From contig OZ024741.1 in NCBI GenBank assembly GCA_964016885.1, positions 334,614,001 to 334,678,000 of the forward strand: a DNA stretch of 64,000 nt, in the 5' to 3' direction. Source of the DNA: Eledone cirrhosa (taxonomy: Eukaryota). Positions 12,949 to 26,370 of this stretch are shown here, piece by piece; within the stretch, counting starts at the first letter, position 1, and every line of letters begins with the position of its first letter. The position numbers were made by a program, and so were the translations under genes. The notes under the pieces are model-generated. The model ran no database searches. It saw only the letters and a list, made by a program, of their open reading frames with translations, and was not told the DNA's origin.

Positions 12949-13349
12949 ACATACCGCCATATTTATAAGGGGAGAAAAATGGTGTAAGTTTTGTGGTCAT
13001 GAAGATTCAAACGTAGATTTACATTTTGAACCTTTTCTGATCTGAAATAAGTTCTGAAATATGAAGGTTATGTGTACATTTCTATGATGTATCACACTGC
13101 TGCATGTTTGACATTTATTGTTTATTGTGAGATAAACGATATGAATCTTAAATGATCTGATCCTCAGACGTCTTCACTTGTATTGCTATAAAATGTGGCA
13201 GTTTATAGCTATATATCATGGTATGGGAGCGAGAACTGATTATCTTAATAAGAAAAATAACAAATAAAGAAAAGGAGAAAAGCGCTCCATGAAAAATATT
13301 CAGTTTGTTTTCTTTTACAATTTTGCCACTTTGCTACAAAGGGAAGCTA

Positions 13350-13670
13350 TATGGTGTTGTGGTTAGGATGCTGGGCTCATGATAGTAAGGTTGTGAGTTT
13401 GATTCCTGAACTGGTCAGTGCATTGTATCCTTAAGCAAGTAATTTTATTTCATATGGCTTCAGTTCTCTCAGCTGGCAAAAATGTGTAGTTGCATCTGTA
13501 ATTCAAGAGGCTGTTCTTGTCACATATTGTGTCACACTGAATCTCTCTGAGAAATTGTTAAAGATACATGTGTTTGTGGAATGCTCAGCCACTTACATAT
13601 TCATTTCCATTGATTGAATCGACTGGAGCATTCGTTGTTGGAAACGATAGCGTGTTGACAACAACAACAG
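13350..13670 (+). mobile_element. CORE-like tRNA-derived SINE (other copies 22097-22225, 31965-32270)
   Basis: tRNA-like head gtggttag...ggttgtgagtt followed by ccttgagcaagacactttatttcac..cagtttactcagctgtagaaatg, similar to the CORE domain. Confidence 0.7.
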
Positions 13671-13964
13671 TGTTACTTCATGTCAAAGAGGTATATTTAA
13701 GTTTTGCAATAATATAGAACTAATCACAGCCCTCTGACCAGAACCTCTGGAAAATTTTGAAAGGCCAAACATGACTGCTTTCAGGTCCATGGAATGAGGG
13801 GAAAATACCAAATAAAACCATTAGCTTAAGGACTAATATTAATTTAATTTGATCTTTGACAAGCATAATGACAATTCTAACATGTTTCAGTCTTATCAGT
13901 CCTCCTCAATTAAGAATAACTATTCCTAATACTCTCTATAATTAGTGATAGAGAATCACTATAT

Positions 13965-15470
13965 AGACAGGTAGATAGAGGTTAGAAAGGTAGGTGGACA
14001 GAGAGTAGAGGTTAGATAGATAGTTGGTCAATAAATAGAGGGTGGGTAGATAAATAGATGGACAAAGGTTGGAGGGTAGGGAAACAGGTGAATAGATGTT
14101 AGCAGGTAGGTAGAAGTTGACAGGTAGAAAGGTGGACAGAGGTTGACAAGTAAATTAACTGGTGGGTAGAGATTGATTGACAAGAAGGTAGACAGGTGAA
14201 TAGAGGTTGATAGGTGGATAGATATTGGCAGGTGGATTAATAGGTGGATATTGACAGGTGGGTAGAAAGACAGGTAGATAGAGGTTGAGGTAGAAAGACA
14301 GGTGGATAGATGTTGACAGGTAGGTAGACATGTGGATAGGGGTAGACAGGTAGGTAGAGGTTGACAGGTAGGTAGACATATGGATAGAGGTTGACAGGTA
14401 GGTAGACATATGGATAGAGGTAGACAGGTAGGTAGAGGTAGACAGGTAGGTAGACATATGGATAGGGGTAGACAGGTAGGTAGAGGTTGACAGGTAGGTA
14501 GACATATGGATAGAGGTTGACAGGTAGGTAGACATATGGATAGAGGTAGACAGGTAGGTAGACATATGGATAGAGGTAGACAGGTAGATAGAGGTTGACA
14601 GGTAGGTAGACATATGGATAGAGGTAGACAGGTAGGTAGAGGTAGACAGGTAGGTAGACATGTGGATAGAGGTTGACAGGTAGGTAGACATATGGATAGA
14701 GGTTGACAGGTAGATAGGGGTAGACAGGTAGGTAGACATATGGATAGAGGTTGACAGGTGGATAGAGGTAGACAGGTAGGTAGGGGTAGACAGGTGGATA
14801 GAGGTTGACAGGTAGATAGAGGTAGACAGGTAGGTAGACATGTGGATAGAGGTTGACAGGTAGATAGAGGTAGACAGGTAGGTAGAGGTTGACAGGTAGA
14901 TAGAGGTAGACAGGTAGGTAGACATGTGGATAGAGGTTGACAGGTGGATAGAGGTAGACAGGTAGGTAGACATGTGGATAGAGGTTGACAGGTAGGTAGA
15001 CATATGGATAGAGGTTGACAGGTGGATAGAGGTAGACAGGTAGGTAGGGGTAGACAGGTGGATAGAGGTTGATAGGTAGATAGAGGTTGACAGGTAGGTA
15101 GACATATGGATAGAGGTTGACAGGTGGATAGAGGTAGACAGGTAGGTAGAGGTAGACAGGTAGGTAGGGGTAGACAGGTGGATAGAGGTTGACAGGTAGA
15201 TAGAGGTAGACAGGTAGGTAGACATATGGATAGAGGTTGACAGGTAGATAGGGGTAGACAGGTAGGTAGACATATGGATAGAGGTTGACAGGTGGATAGA
15301 GGTAGACAGGTAGGTAGGGGTAGACAGGTGGATAGAGGTTGACAGGTAGATAGAGGTAGACAGGTAGGTAGACATGTGGATAGAGGTTGACAGGTAGATA
15401 GAGGTAGACAGGTAGGTAGAGGTAGACAGGTAGGTAGACATGTGGATAGAGGTAGACAGGTAGGTAAATA
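13965..15470. repeat. Complex purine-rich satellite built from GGTA/GACA/GATA modules
   Basis: Repeats such as ggatagaggttgacaggtaggtagacat; these explain the spurious 482-aa and 428-aa ORFs. Confidence 0.95.
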
Positions 15471-15981
15471 GGTCAATAGAAATGATAAATCAGATGTTTA
15501 GGAAGATCAATAAACAGTAAAATGTAGCTGCCATTGTTATAGATCAGGTGTCACATGACATGAAGGGCGACTATTGTTGTCAAAGAGAAAACCAATTTCC
15601 AATTGTTATTCATGAAAACATTGGAATTCAGTTTGTAGATGGTTTCATATGCAAGTCACAGATTTCTGTTTTATATACATTTATAACAATAACAACCACA
15701 ACAATAAAGAGGTGCTGATGGTGATAATAATGGTGATGATAATGGTGATGGTGGTGATAATGGTGATGGCAATGATGATGGTGATGATGATAGTGATGGC
15801 AATGATGATGGTGATGATAGTGATGATGGTGATGATGAAGATGATGGTGATGATAGTGATAATGGTGATGATGATAACAATAGCGAGAATTTCTTCTTTG
15901 GTGCCATCAAAACATGTTACTATTAGTATATTGGTGTTACAATAAACTGCCAAGATGCTGTATGGAAAGTAATATAAAAAG

Positions 15982-16023
<42 letters not shown>

Positions 16024-16959
16024 ATGTCTTGTTAATGGAAATCTGATGGAATGGTTATAATGATGGTTTAATTACATAATATGAGGCAAGAAATTTTGTC
16101 CATTCATTGGTTCCATTATAAATAATGTTTCCATTGTGAAATAATGGAGTGTTGTGATATATAAAAGCTACTTAATAAAAACCAGACTGCCGACCATAGA
16201 TATTTTATTCCATAACTATATTCACCGATGTTGTTAGTTGCATGTGCCAATAACAAATAACCGACCAATTCCGCTGTAAAGATAATGCTGCTTATCTCCA
16301 AGACCTGTTTACTTGTCAAAGTACACTAATATATTGAATATTCTATCACAGCGTAATAAGTAATATTGAAAGTTCTGTCAATAGCAGAGATTTGCGAGTC
16401 GATAGTTCAAAAGCGTTTATCAAACGGATGCTTTTTTTGGCAAAGTCTGTAAATTGTCTTCTGGGAGCATCGATGTTAATAATTGCAGGCTTACAAATTA
16501 CTTCCTTCATTGAAAAATGGTAGACACCTTTATTGATAAATTCATATTAGGGAGAATCAATCTATGCTAGATAGAATATGTTTTAGTAGTGGAATGATAT
16601 GATATATTGCAATTTAGGTTGGACGGATATGGGGAGTATATATTTTATTGTAGTGGGTGGAGGGATAAAATGTATTGTATAGAGTTATGAATGTTGACAG
16701 GAGACACACACACATTTATATCCTCCCTCTCTCTCTGTCTCTCTCTCTATATATATATATGAATGTTATGGGAGAGATAGTATGCATTGTAGTGATACAC
16801 ACACACATATATACACATTTATACAACTCTCTCTCTATATATATATACACACATATATATGAATGTTGACAGGAGAAGTAGTATGTATTGTAGTAATAAA
16901 CAGATACACACATTTATACATCTCTCTCTATATATAAATATATACATATAGATATATGG

Positions 16960-17043
<84 letters not shown>

Positions 17044-17289
17044 TTGTATATATGTGTATGTAATATATATATATAAATAAAATATTGCTGGAAAATAAAC
17101 TATATTACACAAGTAATATATTATACTATATGAGTGATATATTGAATCATTTGTGGTATAAATATATTTTATTCATGAAAGATGATATATTTTAGTACAA
17201 TAGTGATATTTTATGTTTATGGTGAGGGTTGTTGTATAACCCTCGGTCAGTCCTGATTAAATAATCTTCTGGCAAGCGGGAAGTAAATG

Positions 17290-17815
17290 GAACAACCAGC
17301 CGTGATCCACAGATTGCTTTTTTTTTTGTTGAGGCACCATGTTTTCAATGCTCCTGTATTAGTGTGAAACATGGAGTGTGAAGACCAGCCAAGAGAACCA
17401 AATATCAGTTGTTCTCCAACAGGTTTGCAGTTGAGCCCGTAACAGTGAAGACTTCTGGTGTCCTTGGCCCTAGGGCCATCTCCCTACTCACCACCATTGG
17501 TGCAGAGCAGGCTGCCTTATGTGTCTCAAGGCAGGAGCTTCCGTCCATTAGCTATACCGTCTGTATTGGACATCTTTAACTTGCAGGTTATGTCATGAGA
17601 GGCAATGAACCTGTTCTCAAACTTTTACTATAGGAATGCATTAATGTGAAGTACAAACGTGGAAGACCTCTCAATATATTAAAAGGGTGTCATTGGGAAA
17701 GATACAGAATTATCCAGTGAAGAACTGAGGCAGTTAATGTTGGACAATGTGAGATGGAAAGGTTTTATAAAGTCACCACAAAGAAGTGGATGAATTTAGT
17801 AGTAGTAGTAACCTG
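17290..17815 (+). mobile_element. Degenerate CRE-like 3' fragment followed by an RTE-like 3' end with a (TAG)n tail
   Basis: VEPVTVKTSGVLGPRAISLLTTIG...MRGN, then KRGRP...EELRQLMLD..W and tagtagtagta. Confidence 0.45.
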
Positions 17816-18218
17816 CCTAATGAATGCCAGAATAGAAAAGTGGACATAAAATTATCATGATGGAGATATATTCTACACCAGTCATGGGCTAACTGTGGCC
17901 CGCAAGACACGTGCGTCCCATTTAGCTTTCTGAATGGCACATCTAATTTCAAAATTGTCTTGAATTATTTAGTAGTGCAGATCACCTTATGATGAGCCAC
18001 ACCCTATGTGGCCCACTGCTGGAAAAAGATTGCCAATGTCTGCTCTACGTTTGAGTGATATATATATTACTATATTATGTTTTTGTTTTACATGTTGCAC
18101 TAAAATATACATTATTGGTATCAAATGGAATATACAATAAAATAGGACTACATATAGATCTATAGCAGCAATATATAGTATGGCTTTGTGCCTAAATTTG
18201 AAACCATTGTTATTATTA

Positions 18219-18800
18219 TTAGGACGGATCCGGCTATCATCTGAGTCCATCGTGAGGATTGCCCCGCCCTCCTCCTTTAGCCGGGAAGGGCAGGCAGTTT
18301 TTATCTGTCTGGTGGCCATGACGAAAGAGATAGTATGGTGGACACATTTGAAAGGGCTGAAGACGAGCACTTACCTCTTCGGTGATGCTCTGATTGACTT
18401 TTTCAAATTTCATTTGAAAAGGAAAATCAGAGTAGAGAGGGAAGTGCTCTCTTCCCAGCATTTTGTTGAAAGATGGGTGAGAGAAGCAAGAATGGCCCGA
18501 GTGAATGGGCCTACTCTGAGTATATATCTGTAAATTAAAGGTGGAAAACTGGGAGAGGGCACTTGCCTTGGTGGTCAGGGTCATTGTGGCTTTTTACTGG
18601 GCTTTCTCCACAAATGTCCCTCCGAAGTCTCCCCCCTATTGGGGAATTTTTCATTGTTATTTTTTGTTACATCCTCTGTTTTTGTTTTTTACACGCAGAA
18701 ATGCCCATTTGTACCGTCCTGCATTGTCCTGCACTGTCCTTAATGTCTGCTTTATGTAAACCCTTGTGGTTAATAAAGAAATCATTATTATTATTATTAT
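18219..18800 (+). mobile_element. 5'-truncated Tx1-like LINE (3' ~570 bp)
   Basis: Near-identical to 31026-31577; ends aataaagaaatc(att)n. Confidence 0.92.
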
Positions 18801-18811
18801 TATTGTTGTTG

Positions 18812-21333
18812 TTATTCCTTGAATCTCAGTCATTGATGTTGGTTAACTGGAAAGTCCGTTGGATTGAATATCAAGCCACTACCTGCAGCCTCAGATATTC
18901 AGGACGTATCGGAGGGTTCTTGCTGTTCCAAGCAAGCATGCCTTTTGAAGCGTTCCAAAAAACGTGAAGGGGCCGATTTTCTTTAACCATCCCTGGAAAA
19001 TTTTGGAGATAGTCCCCAGTGCGCCTATGACAATCGGGATCACTTTGACTTCATGGCAGTTCCAAATCCTTTTCACCTCCCACTTTAGGTCCTGGTATCG
19101 GTTAATTTTCTCCCTCTCCTTCTCTTGCACTCTCGTGTCGAACGGGCAGGCCACATCCACAATCAGACACGTTCTTTTTTCTTTGTCCACAACCACCAGG
19201 TCAGGTCTATTGTGTTCCAGTTTTTTGTCCGTCTGTATCCTAAAATCCCACAGCACCTTCACCTGATTGATCTCCATCACCGCCTCTGGCCTATGCTCAT
19301 ACCATTTCTCAGAATGTGGTAAATTGTTTACTTTGCACAGGTGCCAGTGGATCACCCTGCCCATCACATCGTGTCTCCAGCCCTTATAGTGGGTCTGGGC
19401 TAGGTGTTTACACTCGGACACAATGTGAGCCACAGTCTCCTCTCTCTCTCCACAGATCCTGCACAGTGGGCTAGCCTCCTCCTTGTAGATATGGTGCTTC
19501 AACCACTTCGTTTTGAGGGCCTGCTCCTGCGCAGCCATTAGCATTCCTTCTGTAGCCTTTTTGAGGTCTCCTCTTCTCAACCAGTTCCATGTCTGTGGAT
19601 CTCTAAATTCAGTTTTCTCAAAGAAGGTACTATGAAGGGATTTTCCCTTAAGGCTGCTCTTCCTCCTTGATGTTATTTCCTCCTTGGACATCCCCTGGCC
19701 TACTGTCCCCTCCTTCAGTACAGTTCTGAGCATTGGCTCCTTACTATAGGTCACGTATTTGTATAGGTTGTTTTTCTCCATCTGAACACAGTCCTCTATG
19801 CTGATAAGACCTCTTCCACCCTCAGATCTCCTTAGGTAGAGTCTATCGACATCACTCCTCTTGTGGAACATGTTGTAGATAGTCAATAGCTTCCTAGTCT
19901 TCCTATCCATTTCTTTTTGTTCAGCAACATTCCATCTCAGAATTCCCGCACTGTACCTAATAATAGACACAGCTCGGGAATTTACTGCGCTTATGGCATT
20001 TCTGCTGTTCAGATGTGACTTCAATACGCTCCTTACTCTTCGAATGTATTCAGTTCTTAACAATTCCTTCATTTTTTTGTTCTTTATGCCATCAGCCTCC
20101 AGAACGCCCAAATACTTGTATCCTTCCTCAGAGTCAATTTCCTTTATCATCTCACCTGTTGGTATCTGGATCCCGTTACTTCTGCTCAACCTACCCCTCT
20201 TCATCACAATGACTCCACATTTACCAATACCAAACTGCATACATATATCACTGCTGAAAATACGGACAGTGTCAACAAGCACATCCAACTCCTTCTCACT
20301 TTTCCCGAAGAGCTTAAGATCGTCCATGAAGAGGAGGTGATTGATGGTAAGCTCTCCCCTTCCCAACTTGTATCCTGCTCTCACTTTTCGCAGCATAATG
20401 GTCAAGGGCATCAGGGCAAGGACAAACAACAGAGGGGACAGGCTATCTCCCTGGAAGATACCTCTCTTGATCTTCACGCTTCCCAAGGATACTCCAGTTG
20501 ATGTCAACTCTGTCTCCCAGGACCCCATACTCCTGCCTAGCAACTGTCTGATGTTATCTGCCACCCTGAAGATCTCCAGGCTTTTGGTGATCCAGGAATG
20601 AGGCACCATGTCAAATGCCTTTCTGTAGTCTATCCATCCCATGGCAAGATCAGTGTGTCTCCTCCTGCAATTCCCCATTACCATCTTATCAATAAGTAAC
20701 TGGTCCTTTGTACCACGTGACTTCTTTCGGCATCCTTTCTGTTCGTCCGGTAACAAGTTGTTTGTGTGGAGGTGATGGTAGATTTCCTCAGACACAATGC
20801 TCGTCAACAGTTTCCACATTACGGACAGACATGTGATAGGTCTATAGTTGGTAACATCATTACCCTTGATTCGGTCTTTCATTATCAGAACTGTGGTACC
20901 TTTTGTCAACCACTCTGGCACCTCACCCGACACCAAGCAGTCATTGAACATGGCCGTCAGCTTCGGGTGGAGGGATGTTAAATGTTTAATCCAATACCCC
21001 TGGACACCATCTGGGCCTGGTGATTTCCAGTTGGTTAGTTTTTTTGCCTGCCCCTTAAGAGTTTCAACTGTGATACTCAAATCAGTTTGTTGTTGTGCCT
21101 GCTCACCAATCTCCCTCTGTACTGTCTCAATCCACCCTGCCTGGGCATTGTGTCTAACATCCTGCTCCCATATTCCTCTCCAGAATGTTTTAGTTTGCTC
21201 TGCCCCAGGGATCAAGTCGTTGCCTCTTTCTTTCCCCTCAAGCTGTCCAAACAGCATCTTCTGGTTGTTGTCGAACATGCGGTTCTGTTTATACTGACTG
21301 ACTCTGTTCTCGTATCGCCTGATTTTTGCACTC

Positions 21334-21336
<3 letters not shown>
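18812..21336 (-). mobile_element. R4/Dong-type non-LTR retrotransposon, family A copy 1, 5'-truncated, inserted in (TAA)n
   Basis: Contains the intact ORF below; both ends abut TAA repeats, the known target of Dong/Rex6-like R4 elements. Confidence 0.9.
18891..21278 (-). CDS. Reverse transcriptase + CCHC knuckle + restriction-like endonuclease (795 aa, N-terminally truncated)
   Basis: [42 protein letters not shown]; [28 protein letters not shown]. The frame continues upstream of the Met (KSAKIRRYENR). Confidence 0.9.
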   Translation of the reverse strand: MFDNNQKMLFGQLEGKERGNDLIPGAEQTKTFWRGIWEQDVRHNAQAGWIETVQREIGEQAQQQTDLSITVETLKGQAKKLTNWKSPGPDGVQGYWIKHLTSLHPKLTAMFNDCLVSGEVPEWLTKGTTVLIMKDRIKGNDVTNYRPITCLSVMWKLLTSIVSEEIYHHLHTNNLLPDEQKGCRKKSRGTKDQLLIDKMVMGNCRRRHTDLAMGWIDYRKAFDMVPHSWITKSLEIFRVADNIRQLLGRSMGSWETELTSTGVSLGSVKIKRGIFQGDSLSPLLFVLALMPLTIMLRKVRAGYKLGRGELTINHLLFMDDLKLFGKSEKELDVLVDTVRIFSSDICMQFGIGKCGVIVMKRGRLSRSNGIQIPTGEMIKEIDSEEGYKYLGVLEADGIKNKKMKELLRTEYIRRVRSVLKSHLNSRNAISAVNSRAVSIIRYSAGILRWNVAEQKEMDRKTRKLLTIYNMFHKRSDVDRLYLRRSEGGRGLISIEDCVQMEKNNLYKYVTYSKEPMLRTVLKEGTVGQGMSKEEITSRRKSSLKGKSLHSTFFEKTEFRDPQTWNWLRRGDLKKATEGMLMAAQEQALKTKWLKHHIYKEEASPLCRICGEREETVAHIVSECKHLAQTHYKGWRHDVMGRVIHWHLCKVNNLPHSEKWYEHRPEAVMEINQVKVLWDFRIQTDKKLEHNRPDLVVVDKEKRTCLIVDVACPFDTRVQEKEREKINRYQDLKWEVKRIWNCHEVKVIPIVIGALGTISKIFQGWLKKIGPFTFFGTLQKACLLGTARTLRYVLNI

Positions 21337-21397
<61 letters not shown>

Positions 21398-21398
<1 letters not shown>

Positions 21399-24300
21399 AG
21401 TTGCATTTATCTTGCTTTATGTTTATACGCGTTATCACCAAGTCACAACCAGTGACCTCAAGAGACAACAAGGTCCGCCATGTTCAAGAAAGAACATACA
21501 TACACTCACATGCATCTTTAGGTGTTTAGACTTGTGATGTACTTATATTGACAGAATCTTCCTTAGTATATGGGCAGTTCCCATTAGTATTATCTTTTGT
21601 ATTTCTCCTATACGCGGGTTTCCTGGGATTTGCGAGAAGTAATCATTAGACCCCTTAGGTATCATTCCTAGAGCGCTTACAACCACTGGTATTGTTTTAG
21701 TTCTCAATTTCCCCATTTTTCCAATTTCTATCGCCAGGTCCTTATACTTACTCAATTTTTCAAATGTTTTTATAAATACATTCTTGTCTATTGGAACGGA
21801 CATATCAATTAGCAGGCATACCCTCTTTTTTAAGTCCTTCAGTATTATATCAGGTCTATTTGCATCTATTTTTCAATCTGTTTGGATGTTAAAGTTCCAT
21901 GAGATTGAGATGTGATCTTTTTCAAGTATGGGTGGTTGATGCTCCCACCAATTCTTTTGATGGGGCAGGTCAAAATGCTTACACATTATCCAATGTATGT
22001 ATTGTGCAGCTCTGTCATACCTGTTTAGGTATTCGGTTGGAGCTATAAGACTGCACATTGAAATTATATGATCAATGGTCTCTGGTTGTTTATTACAGTG
22101 GTTAGAGCATTGGCCTTGTAATCGAAAGGTTGTGAGTTCAATTCTCAGACCGGGTGATGTGTTGTTTCCTTGAGCAAGACACTTTATTTCACATTGCTCC
22201 AGTTTACTCAGCTGTAGAAATGAGATCATAGGGACTGGGGTCCATATCATTCCACTGCAAAGTGGTCGTGTAGGTGCCACGGAAAAAAAAGCACCCAGCA
22301 CTCACTGTAAATGAGGTTGGTTTTAGGAAGGGCATCCAGCTGTAGAAATCAAGCCAGAATCAGTTCCCGTCCCACCCTTGCAAGCAGGGAAAAAGCGGAC
22401 GTAAAATAAAATGATGATGATGATGACGGCATAATGGGCTGCATCCATTTTTTATTATGTTGGCTTGGTAATTTTTTGTTGGCAGACACTGATCTTGTGC
22501 TGATATAATCAGTCCTTCAGTCTCCGATTTCAGTCCAGAGGATGCGAACCACTGATGGGTTAAAGTTTTGTCAACTCAGGATTGTTAGCTCGTTCTGGGT
22601 ATTTTCCATACAGAAGCTTTTCTTGCCATTTCTTAGCCAGTTTCTGTAGCAGTTCTTTCTTTGCAGTTACTTTTACCTGCTTTGCTTTTTCTGTGTTTTC
22701 CATTTCAGCAGTAAATGGGACTTCTGAAATGTGTAGTCCATTACTGTGTCTTTGTGCATCTTTTGTAATGGAATATGATCTTTTGATGCTTTCGTGTTTC
22801 AAAATGAGTTTGATCATCCAATCATGTTATTCCCTTAGATATGTAGATAATCGAATTGTTGTAGTTTTCAACGCAATATCTAACTGGATTAACCCACGTC
22901 CTCCTTCTTTCCTAGGGAGATATATTCTATCTGTATCTGCCTTAGGGTGATGCATTCTGTGCATGGTTAAGAATTTTCTAATTTTTGTATCGAGCCTACG
23001 GATCTCTGTGCTTGACCAGTTGATGATATTGTAACTGTAGGTTACTACTGGTATGGCAAGCGTGTTTATAGCATCGATCCTATTCCTTGCATTCAATTCC
23101 GTTCTTAAGATTGCTCTTACTCTGCGGTAACATTCCTTCCTTATCCTTTCCCTCATTGTCGAGTGCTTGATTCCGTTTCCTTCACAAACACCTAGATATT
23201 TGTAAGTTTCCTCTTGATCAAGTTCTCTTATCATATTCCCCCGATCAAGATTAATGTCTGAACCTTTCAGCAGCTTTCCTCTGGTGAACGTTGCTTTGGC
23301 GCATTTATCTAGTCCAAACTCCATTCTAATGTCATCACTGAACTGCTCTACAGTGGATAATAGCCCTTGCAATTGTTCATCATTTTTTGCAAATAGTTTC
23401 AGGTCATCCATGTAGAACAAGTGATTAATGGTTTTGTCATAGACTTTATATCCATGTTTTGGTATAAGTGCGATGCAGAATAAAAGTGGTGATAAAAAGT
23501 CACCCTGAAAAATTTCACAATTAATATTAACTTCTCCAGCTTCCAGTGATTTGTTTCCACTATTCAAAAGGAGTGTCGTTTTCCATGTCTTCATACTGAA
23601 TGACAGGAACCTCGTGACAACGGGAGATATTTTGAAAATCTCTAAACATTTTTCAATCCAACTGTGTGGCAAACTATCGTATGCTTTTTTATAATCTATC
23701 CAAGCAATTGATAGATTTTTGTGTCTATTATGACAATCTTCCAGTATCATTTTGTTAATCAAAAGCTGATCCTTACAGCCATATGAGCCTCGTTTACACC
23801 CTTTCTGCTCATTGGGAAATAGATCATTTGTTATCAGGTGGTCATATGTATATTCAGTTAGGACTGATGTTAAAATTTTATACATTGTGGTCATGCAAGT
23901 TATCGGTCTGTAATTTTTGGGATTGTTTGTCTCGTCATTCTTCGGAAGCAGGAATGTAATGCCGTTAACTAGCCATGATGGTATCTTTTCTGGCTCTTTA
24001 ACTATTTCATTGTAAAGTTGGGCTAACAGCTCACGAGACTCTGTGAAGGCATTTATTCAAAAATTTGGTATTTTGTCTTTTCCTGGGGATTTCCATTTGC
24101 TGGTTTTTCTAAGAGCCAAACGCAACTGTTCAACTGTTATATTTTCCCATATTTGTTCCTCAAGGTGAGCTGTATCTTTCATTTGTCTGTCTATCCATGG
24201 GGCATGTATATTATGAACTTTTTCTTCGGCCAAGATCTTTTCCCAGAATTCTTGCACTTCCTCCTTGGGTGGTATTGATTTAGCAGTTATTGTTGACTTG

Positions 24301-25369
24301 CCAATTTTTCTGTAGAAGTTTCTTTGGTTGTTTTTGAACATATTATTGTCCTTATAGAATCTAGATCGTTTTTCAGAGCGCCTTATACGAGCAGCTTTGG
24401 CCGACACTTTTTGCTTGATTATTTCTATCAGCATGTCTATGTCACTTGTTGATTTTATACTGTATTTTCTTTTCAATTTTCTAAGTTTAGTTTGTTTAAC
24501 ATGTTCACCTACTTTTTAGTTTGTTAAAATTTCTATGTCAGATCGGAGAAGGTTTATTTGGTGATTGATGTTCTCTTGCCAAGTAGATTTCTTGTGGGAA
24601 TTCCTTTGTTTTTTCATTTTCACTCCACATAAGTGAGTGGTGACTTTAGCCGATGCATAATAGAGATGATTTAAATCAGTAATGTTTAGTTTGTCTTGTG
24701 TATTATCTTTTGGTTCTGTTTGGAGTTCTGGATCTTCGGGAGAGTGTCTCGTTCCCCCATGTCAGATTCTTTCATTTTCATCCATTCGATCATAATTTCA
24801 TCCTTCAAGTTGGCAAGTTCATTCTCATTCATTTCTTTATCATTTACGATCTCATTGTTTCATTTTGAGTTTCATCTTGAGCATGCAGTCCCTCCACTTT
24901 TTCGATCGTTTTTTTAATTTGTTCTGTTGTCAGTGATTCCGCCCCAACCCTGGGATTCGAAGTGTTACAATTTACCTCGTTTTCACTGACACATGTTTCA
25001 TTTTCCTTTCGCTGACTTTGTGCTAATAGCTTGATCTGATCAATTTCTATATCAGTTAGTAACTTTTTTTTTACAATATTTCTTCGTATATTGGCTAGTT
25101 TGTTACTGTCAATATAGCCTCTGTTTTGGGGATGTTTCTTTTTCCAGTTGATATATGTCTGTTCTGTATTCGATCTATTTGATGGGTAGTACATGGCAGT
25201 GTAGAAAGCCTCAAGGACTTCTTTATTATCTTCCCTTGACCATTTTTCTCTCTTTTTATTTGGATTTCTTGGTGGTGAGCATGGAGGGCCAACAGTAGGA
25301 GTATTCCAGTTATGGGAGGTCTCCAGCTCCGAAGTGATGGGAAGGTTTGAACCATTAGCTGATTTGAAC

Positions 25370-25370
<1 letters not shown>
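21398..25370 (-). mobile_element. R4/Dong-type retrotransposon, family B, near full-length, degenerate (stops/frameshifts, SINE insertion ~22095-22425)
   Basis: N-terminal KWSREDNKEVLEAFY..W..KLANIRRNIVKK motif, KSPGKD, EQKGC, DYKKAYD, IFQGD, FYMDD, ETIDHIISMC, KLSKYKDL..IPVVVSALG; TAA repeats at both ends. Confidence 0.9.
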
Positions 25371-25417
<47 letters not shown>

Positions 25418-25418
<1 letters not shown>

Positions 25419-25557
25419 TTCTGTCTTTTTTTTTCTTTTCTTATATAAATAATAAAAATATTTACACGCACAAAACCCACATCGTACCCTCCTGTACCGT
25501 GTGTAATGTTTTTTCTTGATGTCAGCCCTTGTGACCAATAAAGAAATCATTATTATT
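25418..25557 (+). mobile_element. 3' tail of a second Tx1-like subfamily (also at 34627-34790)
   Basis: acacgcacaaaacccacat-gtacc...cccttgtg-ccaataaagaaatc(att)n is homologous to the Tx1-like 3' end. Confidence 0.65.
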
Positions 25558-25968
25558 GTGGATTGGCAGTATCGGTAGAGAGTCGGACGCCATGCTTTCC
25601 AGCATAGTTACGTCCCTTTACGATCTGAGTTCAAATCCTGCCGAGGTTGACTTTGCCTTTCATCCTTACGGGGTCGATAAAATAAAGTACCAGTAATGCA
25701 CTGGGTAATTGCTGACCTTGTGCCTAAAGTAGAAACAATTATTATTATTATTGAATGCCATGGTTGACGGACGCTTGGCTCTGTAAGGTATAGTAATTTT
25801 TAACAGCTATAACAATTGTAAATTGTTTAAAACTTGAACCAAATTGTAGATAATAACACCCTCCTCCTCATGAGAGGGGTCTTTCTGCCCGTCATTTGGC
25901 CCTTCGGGGTTAAATAACCGCTTATTGGGATTTTGTGCCCAATATTCATTTTAAACCGTAAAAAAAAC

Positions 25969-26339
25969 ATGGCTACGAAAAAGAATTTTCACAAGTCACT
26001 CCCACTCTTTCCGTCTTCTTCCTCAATCGTCATTACATCAGAGAGAAGATTGTCTCTCTCCTTTCCTTCTCTACATGTGGTGTCTCCTCTTTCGCAAGCG
26101 ACGCCATTAAAGAAAAAGAAAAATATAGTTTCTGGTAGCTTTCACCAAGAGAACGTGCATACCGTGGAACATTTCTCCACGACAACGACAACGACGAAAA
26201 AGTGTGCGGTAAATACGGAAAGCCATTTCATTCGTCTGACGTCATGAAGAATAGCAGCAGCAGCCGTAATAACAGCAGCAACAGCAACAGTGACAAGGAA
26301 AACACTAGTAGCAGCCGCAACAACATCAGCAGCAGCATA

Positions 26340-26370
<31 letters not shown>

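Noticed and set aside
14028-15476. 482-aa and 428-aa ORFs
   Set aside because: Translations of a stop-free satellite; no domain content.
16116-16550. Higher-complexity stretch that might be an exon
   Set aside because: Stops in the plausible frames and no motif I could recognise.
17880-18042. Possible hAT-type MITE (also 3396-3491)
   Set aside because: CAG...CTG ends are present but the TIRs and 8-bp TSDs are too degenerate to support a call.
18964-21297. Plus-strand ORFs overlapping the R4 ORFs (also 46598-48900)
   Set aside because: Antisense shadows of the RT frame, conserved only because the copies are young.
22097-22160. tRNA gene
   Set aside because: Only a tRNA-like SINE head with no complete cloverleaf; it continues into a CORE-like domain.
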